Positions 9,106 through 18,432 are shown, counted from the stretch's first letter. The stretch is 35,132 nt of DNA from Pseudomonadota bacterium (GCA_043809315.1 JAZDDX010000033.1:1-35132); one strand, 5' to 3'. The notes: generated by a model not told the origin, from the letters alone. A program made the numbers and translations.

Positions 9106-10420
9106 CGCCGTCGCGATCGCGCTTCACATGCACCAACCGCTGATTCCCGCGGGTGGCGGCGATCTCCGGACCGCGGCGATCATCGGGAACTTGCAGTACA
9201 TGATGGAGCACCCGGGAGAAGGGGACAACCACAACGCGCCGGCTTTTCTCCGCTGTTATCAGCGGATAGCGGAGTTCATTCCGCAGCTCGTCGCGGAGGG
9301 AAAACAGCCGCGGATCATGTTGGAGTACTCCGGAACACTCCTTTACGGCTTGAAACAGATGGGCGCCGGATATGTTCTCGACGATCTCCGGAAGATTACG
9401 TGCGACCCCGCCTTTGCTCCATCGGTGGAGTGGCTCGGAGCCCCGTGGGGGCATGCGGTGGCACCGTCGACACCGGTCCAGGACTTCCGTCTCCACGTCC
9501 AGGAGTGGCGGCGATATTTCTCTGAACTGTTCGGAACGGAGGTGCTCGCAAAAGTTCGCGGGTTCTCACCGTCGGAGATGGCGCTCCCGAACCATCCCGA
9601 CGTGGCGTACGAGTTCGTCCGGACGCTTCGCGACTGCGGATACACCTGGGTTCTGGTGCAGGAACATACGGTCGAGCAGCCGCACGACGGCCGGACGCCG
9701 GAGCGCCGCCACCTCCCTCATCGGCTCGTCTGCCGGAATTCGTCCGGACAAGAAGCCTCGATCATCGCGATCGTGAAAACGCAGGGGAGCGACACGAAGC
9801 TGGTCGCCCAGATGCAGCCGTATTACGAGGCGAAAGGTCTTTCCCCCTGGGAGGTGGCCGGGAGACAGGTCCCTCCGCTCGTGACCCAGATCGCAGACGG
9901 GGAGAACGGCGGGGTCATGATGAACGAATTCCCGGGGAAATATTTCGAGGTGGTTCGTGAGAGCGCCGGCTCGCCGTGCCGACTTGTGAACGTCGGCGAG
10001 TATCTCGACCATCTTGCTTCGCTCGGAATCACGGAGAACGATCTTCCGCCGCTCCAGCCGCTCTTCCAGAAGGCAATCTGGGACCGTTTCAAGCCGGGTG
10101 AGGAACCTGAGAGATTGGCCAGCGTCATCGAGGATCTTCGAAAAGAGAACCCCAAGTTCCACATGGAGGGAGGGAGCTGGACGAACAACCTCTCCTGGGT
10201 GCGCGGATATGAGAATGTCCTCGGTCCGTTGGACGAGGTGAGTTCGCGGTTCTACGAAAAGATCATCCTGCCGGGTGTGCCGCGGTCCGATCCGCACTAC
10301 CAAAACGCGCTCTTTCATCTGCTCGTCTGCCAAACCAGTTGTTACCGGTACTGGGGGCAAGGGCTCTGGACCGACTACGCCCGTGAACTCTGCCGCCGTA
10401 CTCTTTCGATATTGGAATAA
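9083..10420 (+). CDS. Glycoside hydrolase family 57-like protein
   Basis: LHMHQP (region 1), LEYSGTLL, GFSPSEM (putative nucleophile Glu) and IADGENG (putative acid/base Asp); overlaps the glgA stop. Confidence 0.85.
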   Translation: MSLSGTNSAVAIALHMHQPLIPAGGGDLRTAAIIGNLQYMMEHPGEGDNHNAPAFLRCYQRIAEFIPQLVAEGKQPRIMLEYSGTLLYGLKQMGAGYVLDDLRKITCDPAFAPSVEWLGAPWGHAVAPSTPVQDFRLHVQEWRRYFSELFGTEVLAKVRGFSPSEMALPNHPDVAYEFVRTLRDCGYTWVLVQEHTVEQPHDGRTPERRHLPHRLVCRNSSGQEASIIAIVKTQGSDTKLVAQMQPYYEAKGLSPWEVAGRQVPPLVTQIADGENGGVMMNEFPGKYFEVVRESAGSPCRLVNVGEYLDHLASLGITENDLPPLQPLFQKAIWDRFKPGEEPERLASVIEDLRKENPKFHMEGGSWTNNLSWVRGYENVLGPLDEVSSRFYEKIILPGVPRSDPHYQNALFHLLVCQTSCYRYWGQGLWTDYARELCRRTLSILE

Positions 10421-10485
10421 CTGGGGACACACGATTGGACTCGATCTCCGACTTGAATTCGGGGTTCAGTCGTGTGTCCCCAATT
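10419..10485. repeat. Intergenic 16-bp inverted repeat (REP-like hairpin)
   Basis: AACTGGGGACACACGA (10419-10434) and TCGTGTGTCCCCAATT (10470-10485), one mismatch; the inner region can pair further using G-U pairs. Confidence 0.7.
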
Positions 10486-10615
10486 CCAAAGAGCCTCAAC
10501 CGGGACAACTTCTCCCCAATCCGGGGAAAAGATCCTCGCTCGCATGAGAACAATCAGATACTTAGCCCCTCTCGACTTGGTATCCCGTTTGCGAGAGAAG
10601 ACTCGTCGAGTTCTC

Positions 10616-11941
10616 ATGCGCAATGTCCACATAACCATCGCGTTCATGGCCGCGCTTTCCGTGTCCACAGCCTTCGCTCAGTTGGTCGAAGTGCGCCGCC
10701 TCCAATCTGTTCTGGGATCCCAGGCAAAAGAACAGTACGCCCTTACGCTGCAAGCGATCGATGACTTCGATGGCGACGACCTCCCTGATCTTCTTGTTGG
10801 CATCCCGAAGGTGCACCGGGTCGAACTGCTGAGCGGCAAAGAGTACTGCGAGATCGTTCCCTTCCAATCGGACCTGCCGGATGATCTCGGCTGGACTCTG
10901 ATCCCTCCTGTCGACGTCAACGGTGACGGCAAACCTGACTTCATCTTCGGCATTCCAGCTAACGTTCCGACGGGCGCCGAGGAAGACACACGGGGCGCGA
11001 TCGCAATCTACCGTTCGGACGTCCAAGCCGATGGCGTCATTCGATATAACTCTCAGCGAATCCGCAGTGACGTGCCCGGAGCATTCCTTGGCGAAAGTGT
11101 CGTCTGGCTCGGCGGTCCGAAGAAGATCTTCGTTGCAACCTCCCCGAGCTTTACCGGAGGAACCGCGTATCTTTTCAGTGCTCTCGATGGAAAGCGCGTC
11201 GGTGAGGTCGATTTCGATTTCGCGTTCGCGCACGAGAACGACCGGAAGGGGTATCTCGCGTGGGGAGCTCCCGACATCGATCACGATGGGTTCCGCGACT
11301 TCGCCATCGGTGCCGTCGGCCAGGACCCCACGAACAACGTCGACTTCGAATCGCCGGGATGGATCTATCTGTACAGCGGAAAAACGGCGCGGCTCCTGAC
11401 CGTTCTTCAGGGAAGCAGACCGACCAGCCATCTCGGGATGAGTTTCGCATCGGTCGGGGACCTCAATGGTGACGGGTGGGAGGAGTTCGCGGTGGGCGTT
11501 CCTTACCAACGTTGTGCGGGTGAAAACCGATGCGGTGCTGTTTACATCCTGGACGGACACTCTCTCCGGCCACCGACTGACAAACCGAGGCTCATCACGA
11601 TCGATGAGAGGGAGCCGGAGGTGATGTTCTCGGCTTTCGGAACGAACAAGAACGAACTTCTCGGTTTTCAGGTGGCTCGATTCGCGGACGTCAACGGAGA
11701 CGGAATCCCGGAAATCCTTGTGGCGGCCCCGGGATCCGGGAAGTTCCGCGGCCAAGTACAAATCCGAAGTGGTAAGGATTTTACGGTTCTGAAGATAATT
11801 GATGGAGACGCGGACGGGGAATGGTTCGCCAGCCGTCTCGAAAGCGATCCCTCGCTCAAGCGAATCTTCGTCGGTTCCCCCTATTTCAGCTCGGAAGGGC
11901 TTCCGCTTCGCGGACGGCTCGATGTGTATGAAGTGAAGTAA
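10616..11941 (+). CDS. Secreted FG-GAP / integrin-alpha-like beta-propeller protein
   Basis: Signal peptide MRNVHITIAFMAALSVSTAFAQ. Repeated Ca-binding DxDxDG-type motifs (DFDGDD, DVNGDG, DIDHDG, DLNGDG, DVNGDG) are followed by VG.P/AAP and G.VY.Y.G. Confidence 0.85.
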   Translation: MRNVHITIAFMAALSVSTAFAQLVEVRRLQSVLGSQAKEQYALTLQAIDDFDGDDLPDLLVGIPKVHRVELLSGKEYCEIVPFQSDLPDDLGWTLIPPVDVNGDGKPDFIFGIPANVPTGAEEDTRGAIAIYRSDVQADGVIRYNSQRIRSDVPGAFLGESVVWLGGPKKIFVATSPSFTGGTAYLFSALDGKRVGEVDFDFAFAHENDRKGYLAWGAPDIDHDGFRDFAIGAVGQDPTNNVDFESPGWIYLYSGKTARLLTVLQGSRPTSHLGMSFASVGDLNGDGWEEFAVGVPYQRCAGENRCGAVYILDGHSLRPPTDKPRLITIDEREPEVMFSAFGTNKNELLGFQVARFADVNGDGIPEILVAAPGSGKFRGQVQIRSGKDFTVLKIIDGDADGEWFASRLESDPSLKRIFVGSPYFSSEGLPLRGRLDVYEVK

Positions 11942-11953
11942 CGGAATTCCCGT

Positions 11954-12532
11954 TCAGAAGTAGCTCGGCTCGTTCCCGCGGCGCCACTTGATGTTGCAAC
12001 CGATGCTCGGTTTCTGCTCGACGGTAACCGTCTTTCCCGACAGCACTGCGTCGAGGGCTGCGCGCAGGTCTTTCCCGTTCACCGGCTTCGAGTTCCCCGG
12101 ACGCGCGTCGTCGAGCTGCCCGCGATAGACGAGCTTCGTCGAGCCATCGAAAAGGAAAAAATCCGGAGTGCAGGCCGCGCGGTACGCCTGAGCCACCTTC
12201 TGCGTTTCGTCCAACAGGAACGGGAACCTCCATCCCTCTTTCAGAGCGAGTTCCCTCATGGGGGTCGGACCGTCCTGCGGGTAGGAGGTGACATCGTTCG
12301 AGTTGATCGCGACGATCTTGACCCCTTTGGAGAGGTAGTCGTCTTGCAGTTTTTTGAACTCCGGCATGATGCGCTGAACGTATGGGCAGTGATTGCAGAT
12401 GAACATCACGAGAAGAGCCCGGGCCCCCTTGGTGTCGGTCAGTGAATACGGCCGATCCTCCATGACGTTGCGTAGAGAGAAATCGGGCGCGCGGGTTCCC
12501 AGGGAAAGCATCGTGGAAGGGGTCTCGGCCAT
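11954..12532 (-). CDS. Thioredoxin-fold redoxin (AhpC/TSA-like, CxxC)
   Basis: GGAGG RBS; APDFSL, FICNHCPYV, AACTPDFF, YRGQLDD and SIGCNIKW motifs. Confidence 0.92.
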   Translation of the reverse strand: MAETPSTMLSLGTRAPDFSLRNVMEDRPYSLTDTKGARALLVMFICNHCPYVQRIMPEFKKLQDDYLSKGVKIVAINSNDVTSYPQDGPTPMRELALKEGWRFPFLLDETQKVAQAYRAACTPDFFLFDGSTKLVYRGQLDDARPGNSKPVNGKDLRAALDAVLSGKTVTVEQKPSIGCNIKWRRGNEPSYF

Positions 12533-12593
12533 CGGTCACCTCCAAAGGTTTTGGGAAGCTACTTCTGGCCGGCGGGGAATGTCAACCGCCCAC

Positions 12594-12622
12594 TTGAATT
12601 CCTCTTCTTCCGCATCTACCCT
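12594..12622 (+). promoter_or_regulatory. Sigma-70-type promoter, leaderless-type, for the rhodanese gene
   Basis: TTGAAT-N17-TACCCT-N6-ATG(12629); no SD. Confidence 0.5.
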
Positions 12623-12628
12623 CCGCGC

Positions 12629-13024
12629 ATGAAAAAACTGTTGTTGCTCCTATCCCTGCTGATCCTTCCTTTCTCCTCCATCGCGGCCGGAGGAGATCCG
12701 TTCGGGCTGTTGACCGTCGATCAGGTTTCCGACCGTCTGGGAAAGACGGAGGTCTACGTCTTCGACGCCAACAACGTCACCCGATACAAAGAAGGGCATC
12801 TCCCGGGCGCCTCTCACGTCGAGTTCAACAAATACTCCGAGAAAGCCCTTCCGAAAAATCGCGAAGCTACGCTGATCTTCTACTGCTACAACCCGGCTTG
12901 CACGGCGAGCCATGAGGCGGCCAAACGGGCGATCAAGTTCGGGTACAAGAACGTCTTCGTGATGTCGGCCGGAATCGAGGGGTGGAAGAACGCAAAGAAG
13001 CCGGTTCAAAGCGGAACGAACTGA
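12629..13024 (+). CDS. Exported single-domain rhodanese-like protein
   Basis: Signal peptide MKKLLLLLSLL; GHLPGA, active-site loop IFYCYNPAC, and GYKNV..M.AGI.GW. Confidence 0.88.
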   Translation: MKKLLLLLSLLILPFSSIAAGGDPFGLLTVDQVSDRLGKTEVYVFDANNVTRYKEGHLPGASHVEFNKYSEKALPKNREATLIFYCYNPACTASHEAAKRAIKFGYKNVFVMSAGIEGWKNAKKPVQSGTN

Positions 13025-13477
13025 GTGACGACCTGCCACGAATGCCCGATTCGGCGGTTCACACCGACCGTATCCCGAAGAACGAGGCTCTTCCTGGCCG
13101 CGTTTCTTTGGTCCGCGGTCGGAACCGGCCTCCTGTTCGCCGGGGTCCACTGGCTGTGGGGTACGGATAACCATCTTTGGCTCGCTTTGTTCCCGGTTGC
13201 GGCTGCAATCGGATGGGCGAAAGGACGTTTTGTTCTCGGTTCCCGGGCGGAAGCGAACGCCCAGAGGATCCTCGAAACCACCGACGCGCGGTGCGTGGGA
13301 GGGATCTTCAGCTGGGGATCGTGGTTCCTTGCCGTCGGGATGGTGGCGTTGGGGATTACCTTGCGACACTCCGCTCTTCCCCGCCCCTGGCTTGGCCTCC
13401 TCTATTCGGCGATCGGGACCGCCCTCCTGACCGCCTCCCTTCGCGCCTGGCGATACGCCGGCTCCAACCCGCCTTGA
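13025..13477 (+). CDS. Hypothetical 4-TM membrane protein
   Basis: GTG immediately follows the rhodanese stop; four hydrophobic segments. Confidence 0.75.
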   Translation: MTTCHECPIRRFTPTVSRRTRLFLAAFLWSAVGTGLLFAGVHWLWGTDNHLWLALFPVAAAIGWAKGRFVLGSRAEANAQRILETTDARCVGGIFSWGSWFLAVGMVALGITLRHSALPRPWLGLLYSAIGTALLTASLRAWRYAGSNPP

Positions 13478-13509
13478 CCCGTCGCGTTAATTCGGATAAG
13501 AGCGCGTCT

Positions 13510-14778
13510 ATGCTTATGCGACCATTTCTTAAGACCGCTCTCCCAGCACTTTTCTTAACCATTCCATCCCTTTCCCCGGCTCAGACAATCACGGCCGAAG
13601 ACGTTTGGAAGCACGTCACCGAGGGGGTGCAACAGAAGCTTCAAATCGCTCGGGAGCCCGGCTCGACGGAATTGCAGGGTCTGTCAGGACCTGAACGTTC
13701 AAAAAAATTGTACGAGATCTTTGACGAGACGTTTGCAGCTCAACGCCTCGCCATGTTCCGCAATATGACGTTTGCCGAGATGACGACGTTTCTGGTTCAG
13801 AGCGCGACGCTTGACCTGATCTCGTATCCGGAAGCGGACAAATTCTATCGTCTCTTTTCGAACGACCCCGATTTCGGTGGGTACTCGGAGCCACTTCGGA
13901 GGATCTATTTCGAAGCCCTCGATCTATTGGCTTCCACCAACACGTCGAAAGGTTGGGCTGCGATCGGCTTAGCGACCGCCTTCGACAAAGCCTTCAGCCC
14001 CGAGTGGGGGATTGCGGCTCGGGCTCAGGAGCTTCTCAAACGTGGTTTTACGCCGGAGAAGTGGAAGGGGATTCAAGATGCCATCGGGTATCTTAGAAGT
14101 CGTTCCGACGAGGGACCTCGGTTTGAACAGGCATTCTCGATTTTACAGAGCGACGTCGTCACAACGCTTCGTGCTTTGGAACGCCGATCCCAGGCGGAAT
14201 GCCTTCGGGATTTCTGGCAGGCGGCCCGGCGCGAGGGGTTGATCACTTTGAGCTCCGAGAAAGCACCCTCTCCGGCAGACCCGTCGATTCAGATCTTCCG
14301 GATGGAGGGCGTCGAGTTCTGGATGAAGCGGCCGATCACCGATCCGCTTTTCAATCTGGCCCAGCTCGCGATCGAGGTCGGGATATCGAAGAACAACCCG
14401 ACCCCCCATTTGTTTGAACTTTCAACGGACTACACGGGAATCGAAGACAACGGATACAAAAAGGCGGTCGTCTGGTCCGAAGCGGGCGAAAACACGGCCG
14501 GGAGAACCTCGATCCTCAAACACCTGACCGAGTTGGGGGCTCCGACGGAGGTGCTCGTTCCGGAGTTCTCCGGCAAGGTTGTTTCGACCGGGGCCCTGTT
14601 CGAAGAGACCGTACGCACCATCAAGGGAACGATTGAAGACCGTCTCACCGCTTTGAGAGAGGTTGCCAGACTCGGTGAAAAAGGGGGAGATCCGACGTTG
14701 AGGGACCGATTCGAAGCCGCCCGCAGATATCTTCATGTTGAAAGGGCAATGGGAACTCTTCGTTCGATCCGCCCGTAG
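13510..14778 (+). CDS. Hypothetical secreted, mainly helical protein (about 420 aa)
   Basis: Signal-like N-terminus MLMRPFLKTALPALFLTIPSLSPAQ, preceded by TTGACC-N17-TAAGAG-N7-ATG. The upstream extension in the ORF track overlaps the previous gene. Confidence 0.7.
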   Translation: MLMRPFLKTALPALFLTIPSLSPAQTITAEDVWKHVTEGVQQKLQIAREPGSTELQGLSGPERSKKLYEIFDETFAAQRLAMFRNMTFAEMTTFLVQSATLDLISYPEADKFYRLFSNDPDFGGYSEPLRRIYFEALDLLASTNTSKGWAAIGLATAFDKAFSPEWGIAARAQELLKRGFTPEKWKGIQDAIGYLRSRSDEGPRFEQAFSILQSDVVTTLRALERRSQAECLRDFWQAARREGLITLSSEKAPSPADPSIQIFRMEGVEFWMKRPITDPLFNLAQLAIEVGISKNNPTPHLFELSTDYTGIEDNGYKKAVVWSEAGENTAGRTSILKHLTELGAPTEVLVPEFSGKVVSTGALFEETVRTIKGTIEDRLTALREVARLGEKGGDPTLRDRFEAARRYLHVERAMGTLRSIRP

Positions 14779-14784
14779 TCTGTC

Positions 14785-16830
14785 TTATTTCGTCGCTGTC
14801 CAGCGGTTGAGCCAATCGAGGACCGTCTGGTGCCAGAGACGCGAGTTCTGCGGCTTGAGGACCCAGTGCCCCTCGTCCGGGAAGTAGAGAAGCTTGCTCG
14901 GGATCCCGCGCCGCTGGAGAACGTTGAACGTGGAAAACCCTTCCGTCTCGACCACGCGGAAATCTTTCCCGCCATGGATCACGAGCGTCGGCGTCTTCCA
15001 CTTCGCAACGTTCGCCATCGGCGAGTTCTTCCGGTAGACCTCCCCCTTCTCCCACGGCGGGCCGGTCATATCCCACTCGGGGAACCAGAGCTCTTCGGTG
15101 TTGTAGTACGAACTTACCGTGTCGAAATCGCCGTCGTGGTTGACGAGGCAGGCGAACGGATGATCCTGGCCGGCGATCCAGTTGACCATGTACCCGCCGA
15201 ACGAAGCGCCGAGCGCGCAGATCCTCTTCTTGTCGATGAACGGATACCTCTTGAGAACTTCCGCAAGTCCCGCCATCAGATCGGAGTACGGCCCCGGCCC
15301 CCAGTTGCCGCGGATCGCGTCGGTGAACGGCTGGCCGTACCCGGTCGAACCGCGGAAGTCGATCGCAACGACCGCGTATCCAGCCCCCGCGTAGAACTCC
15401 GGATTCCACCGGTAGTGGAAGCTGTCTTCCCACGAACCTTGCGGGCCGCCGTGAATCAGGAACGCCAGCGGATAGCTCTTCCCCGATTGGAACCCCGCCG
15501 GCTTCACGAACCAGCCGTGCAGTTTCCTGCCGTCGTTCGAAAACCAAAACTCTTCCGTTTCACCGAAACGGATCTGCCCCAGCCGTTCTCCGTTGACCGA
15601 ACTGATCTGCGTCTCTTTCGAGGTTGTGGGGTTGAAACGACAGATCTCTTTCGGCTGGGTCATTCGTTCTTTCAGGAATAGAAGCGACCCGTTCTTCAAG
15701 ACACGGAGAGTACTGTTCGTTCCGACCGAGACCAACCTCCGGACGTTGCCGCTCGAAAGCTCGATCGAAAAGATCTTCCCGCACCCCTCTTCTCCCGCCG
15801 TCACGAAAACCGTCTTTCCGTCGGGGGAGAAGACCATCTGGTCGACCGACCGGTACCACGACCGGGCCAGGTCCAGCTTCCGCCCGCTTGCAAGGTCGTA
15901 AAGGACGATCCTTCGCTGATCCGCCTCGTACCCGGGGCGATCCATCATGAGATACGCGAGCGTCTTCCCGTCGGGGGAGAAGACCGGGTTCGTGTCGAAG
16001 GCGAGGTTCTCCGTCGTGATCGACTTCGGCTTGGCGCTCCCGTCCGACGGCACCAGATAGATGTCGGTGTTCGTCTTCCACGCCTCCCCTTCGGCCGCCT
16101 TGGAGGTAAAGGCGATCTGTTTCCCGTCGGGCGACCAGGCGATCTCCTCCGATCCGCCGAACGGCTTCGTCGGACTGTCTTGATCGATCCCCGCCATGAG
16201 ATCGATCGGTTTTTTCTCGTCGAGCGCCATGACGAAGAGATGATTCGGCCGCCCGTCGTTCCACTCGTTCCAATGACGGATGAAGAGGGACTCGAAGATC
16301 TTCGCCTTGACCTTCGACTCCTCGCGTTCCTTGATCCTTTTCGCCGTGCAATCGAGGTCTTTGCAGTCGACGAACACCGAACTCCAGAACAGGATCGTCT
16401 TCCCATCCGGGGAGAGTTCGAAGCCGTCGATATCGACCGGGAGATCGGTCACCTTGATCGGTTCGCCGCCGGAGAGCGACATCCGGTAGATCTGAGACGA
16501 TCCGCCGCGCGCAGAGAGAAAGAGAATTTCGGATCCGTCCGGAAGCCAGCGACCGTTCGAGTCGGATGCGGGATCGACCGTCAGGCGCTGGAGCGTCTTC
16601 CCGTCGGCTGAGATCAACCCGAGGTCGGTGTTCGACTTGTTCGCCTCGACGTTGTTCTCCCCTCTCGCGAAGAGGATCCGGGTCCCGTCGGGACTCGGCT
16701 GTGGATCGGAAACACGGATCATCGAGATCAGGTCGTCCCAGGCAAACGGATGAGTTTCCGCCCAACTGTTTCCCGTCACGAAGAGAAGGGAAAGCAGGGT
16801 GAATGGAATCCAGGTGTTCCTTCGTTTCAT
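14785..16830 (-). CDS. Secreted S9-family peptidase (dipeptidyl/acylaminoacyl peptidase) with PD40-like propeller
   Basis: Signal peptide; repeated W/F-SPDG units; IHGGPQG, nucleophile GASFGG, HGGKDFRV (Asp) and PDEGHWV (His). Confidence 0.93.
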   Translation of the reverse strand: MKRRNTWIPFTLLSLLFVTGNSWAETHPFAWDDLISMIRVSDPQPSPDGTRILFARGENNVEANKSNTDLGLISADGKTLQRLTVDPASDSNGRWLPDGSEILFLSARGGSSQIYRMSLSGGEPIKVTDLPVDIDGFELSPDGKTILFWSSVFVDCKDLDCTAKRIKEREESKVKAKIFESLFIRHWNEWNDGRPNHLFVMALDEKKPIDLMAGIDQDSPTKPFGGSEEIAWSPDGKQIAFTSKAAEGEAWKTNTDIYLVPSDGSAKPKSITTENLAFDTNPVFSPDGKTLAYLMMDRPGYEADQRRIVLYDLASGRKLDLARSWYRSVDQMVFSPDGKTVFVTAGEEGCGKIFSIELSSGNVRRLVSVGTNSTLRVLKNGSLLFLKERMTQPKEICRFNPTTSKETQISSVNGERLGQIRFGETEEFWFSNDGRKLHGWFVKPAGFQSGKSYPLAFLIHGGPQGSWEDSFHYRWNPEFYAGAGYAVVAIDFRGSTGYGQPFTDAIRGNWGPGPYSDLMAGLAEVLKRYPFIDKKRICALGASFGGYMVNWIAGQDHPFACLVNHDGDFDTVSSYYNTEELWFPEWDMTGPPWEKGEVYRKNSPMANVAKWKTPTLVIHGGKDFRVVETEGFSTFNVLQRRGIPSKLLYFPDEGHWVLKPQNSRLWHQTVLDWLNRWTATK

Positions 16831-16834
16831 TAGA

Positions 16835-18358
16835 TCAGCCCTCCAGTGGCCCGACGGTTTCTTCGACCGCCTTTAAGATTTCGAGGCTCTTGACGAGCGC
16901 AGCCATCGTGTTGTGGTCCTTGAAGAGGGGGCGGTCCTCCTCGAGATGGGTCACGTGTTTTCGGATCACGCCGTGCGCCGCCTTCGTCCCCTTCCCGACC
17001 TTGAACTCGCGAAAATCGATCGCTTGCGCAGCCGCCATAAATTCGATCCCCAAGACAGCCTGGCCGTTCTCGAGGATCCGGTGGTTCTTGTGTGCCGTGT
17101 TCATCCCCATGCTGACGAAATCCTCCTGGTCGGCCGCCGCCGGGATCGACTGGACGAACGCCGGCTGCGAGAGGGTCCGCTGTTCCACGATCAGCATGTC
17201 GGCGGTGTACTGGCTCAGCATGAAGCCGGAGAAGAGCCCCGCATTGCTCGTCAAGAACGGCGGGAGCCCCTGACTTAAGGCTTCGTTCAGAAGGCGGTTC
17301 AGACGCCGCTCGGAGAGAACCGAGACCATCGCGACCGCCGCGCCGAGCGTGTCGAGCGGCATGCTGATCGGCGTGGCCTGGAAGTTGGCGCCGGTGTAAA
17401 CGACATCCTCATCGGGAACGAAGAGCGGGTTGTCGGCCGCCCCGTTGAGCTCGATCTCGAACTGTTTCCGGGTGTGGTGCAGTTGATCTCGCACCGCCCC
17501 GATCACCTGCGGGGTCGAGCGCATGCTGTAGGCGTCCTGGAGCTTCGTCTTCACCTTGGCGATCAGGTCACTCCCATCGATTATGGTGCGAAGATTCTTC
17601 GCCGAGGCGATCGCCCCGGGAAAGCCGCGCTCCTTGTGTAAGCGTTCCTGATAAGGACGCATGTTCGCCTTGAGCGCCTCGAGACTCATCGCAGCCGCGA
17701 TCTCTGCCTGTTTCAGCCACCGTTCGATGTCGTAGCACTGGAGGCACCCGATCCCTAAGATGACGTTGCTCCCGTTGATCGACGAGAGGCCGTCGCGCGG
17801 CTTCAAACCCGGCACCGGAATCCCGGCTTTCCGAAACGCCTCTATTCCTGAGAGCCTTTCCCCCCGATAAAACGCCTCCCCCTCCCCGAGCATGACAAGC
17901 GCGAGCTGGCTCATCGGTGCAAGGTCCCCGCACGCTCCGACGGAACCGTGCGTGCAGACGACGGGGGTGACCTGCTTGTTGAGCATCTCAACGAACGTCT
18001 GTGTGATTTCCGGGCGGCAGCCCGAAAGTCCGATTGCGTGGACGTTGGCCCGGCTCAGCATCGCCGCGCGGATGATCTCCAGGGGAAACGGTTCCCCGAT
18101 CCCAGCCGCGTGGTTGTAGATCAGGTACTTTTGAAATTCGTCCTGCTGGGCAGGGGTGAGGATGACGTCGACCAGGTTCCCGATCCCGGTGTTGATTCCG
18201 TACATCGGGGTCCCCTTTTGGATCCGGGTTTCGACCATCTTCCGGCAGGTCTTGATCCGATCGAGAGCGTCGGAGGCAAGTTCCACCTTCTCCCCGAACC
18301 GCGCCACCGCAACGACATCGTCCGCTCTGAGCCCTTTTCCCCTGATCTGAATCGTCAT
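16835..18358 (-). CDS. hutH: MIO-dependent aromatic amino acid ammonia-lyase, histidase-like, with an Ala-Cys-Gly cofactor tripeptide
   Basis: YGINTG (Tyr53), His83, GSVGACGDL (142-144), Asn195, QDAYSMR, DNP, NF and QED.VSMG (Glu412); GGAG RBS; FTCD gene nearby. Confidence 0.8.
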   Translation of the reverse strand: MTIQIRGKGLRADDVVAVARFGEKVELASDALDRIKTCRKMVETRIQKGTPMYGINTGIGNLVDVILTPAQQDEFQKYLIYNHAAGIGEPFPLEIIRAAMLSRANVHAIGLSGCRPEITQTFVEMLNKQVTPVVCTHGSVGACGDLAPMSQLALVMLGEGEAFYRGERLSGIEAFRKAGIPVPGLKPRDGLSSINGSNVILGIGCLQCYDIERWLKQAEIAAAMSLEALKANMRPYQERLHKERGFPGAIASAKNLRTIIDGSDLIAKVKTKLQDAYSMRSTPQVIGAVRDQLHHTRKQFEIELNGAADNPLFVPDEDVVYTGANFQATPISMPLDTLGAAVAMVSVLSERRLNRLLNEALSQGLPPFLTSNAGLFSGFMLSQYTADMLIVEQRTLSQPAFVQSIPAAADQEDFVSMGMNTAHKNHRILENGQAVLGIEFMAAAQAIDFREFKVGKGTKAAHGVIRKHVTHLEEDRPLFKDHNTMAALVKSLEILKAVEETVGPLEG

Positions 18359-18432
18359 GATTTACTCCATCCCCCGTTGTAGGCGGGGAACATATCATCG
18401 GGACCGGAAAAGGGAATTTCGGAGGGAAGATC

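Noticed and set aside
12629-18358. Link between the rhodanese and sulfide released during Cys-MIO maturation
   Set aside because: The rhodanese is exported and in a separate transcription unit, and maturation would release only one sulfide per subunit.
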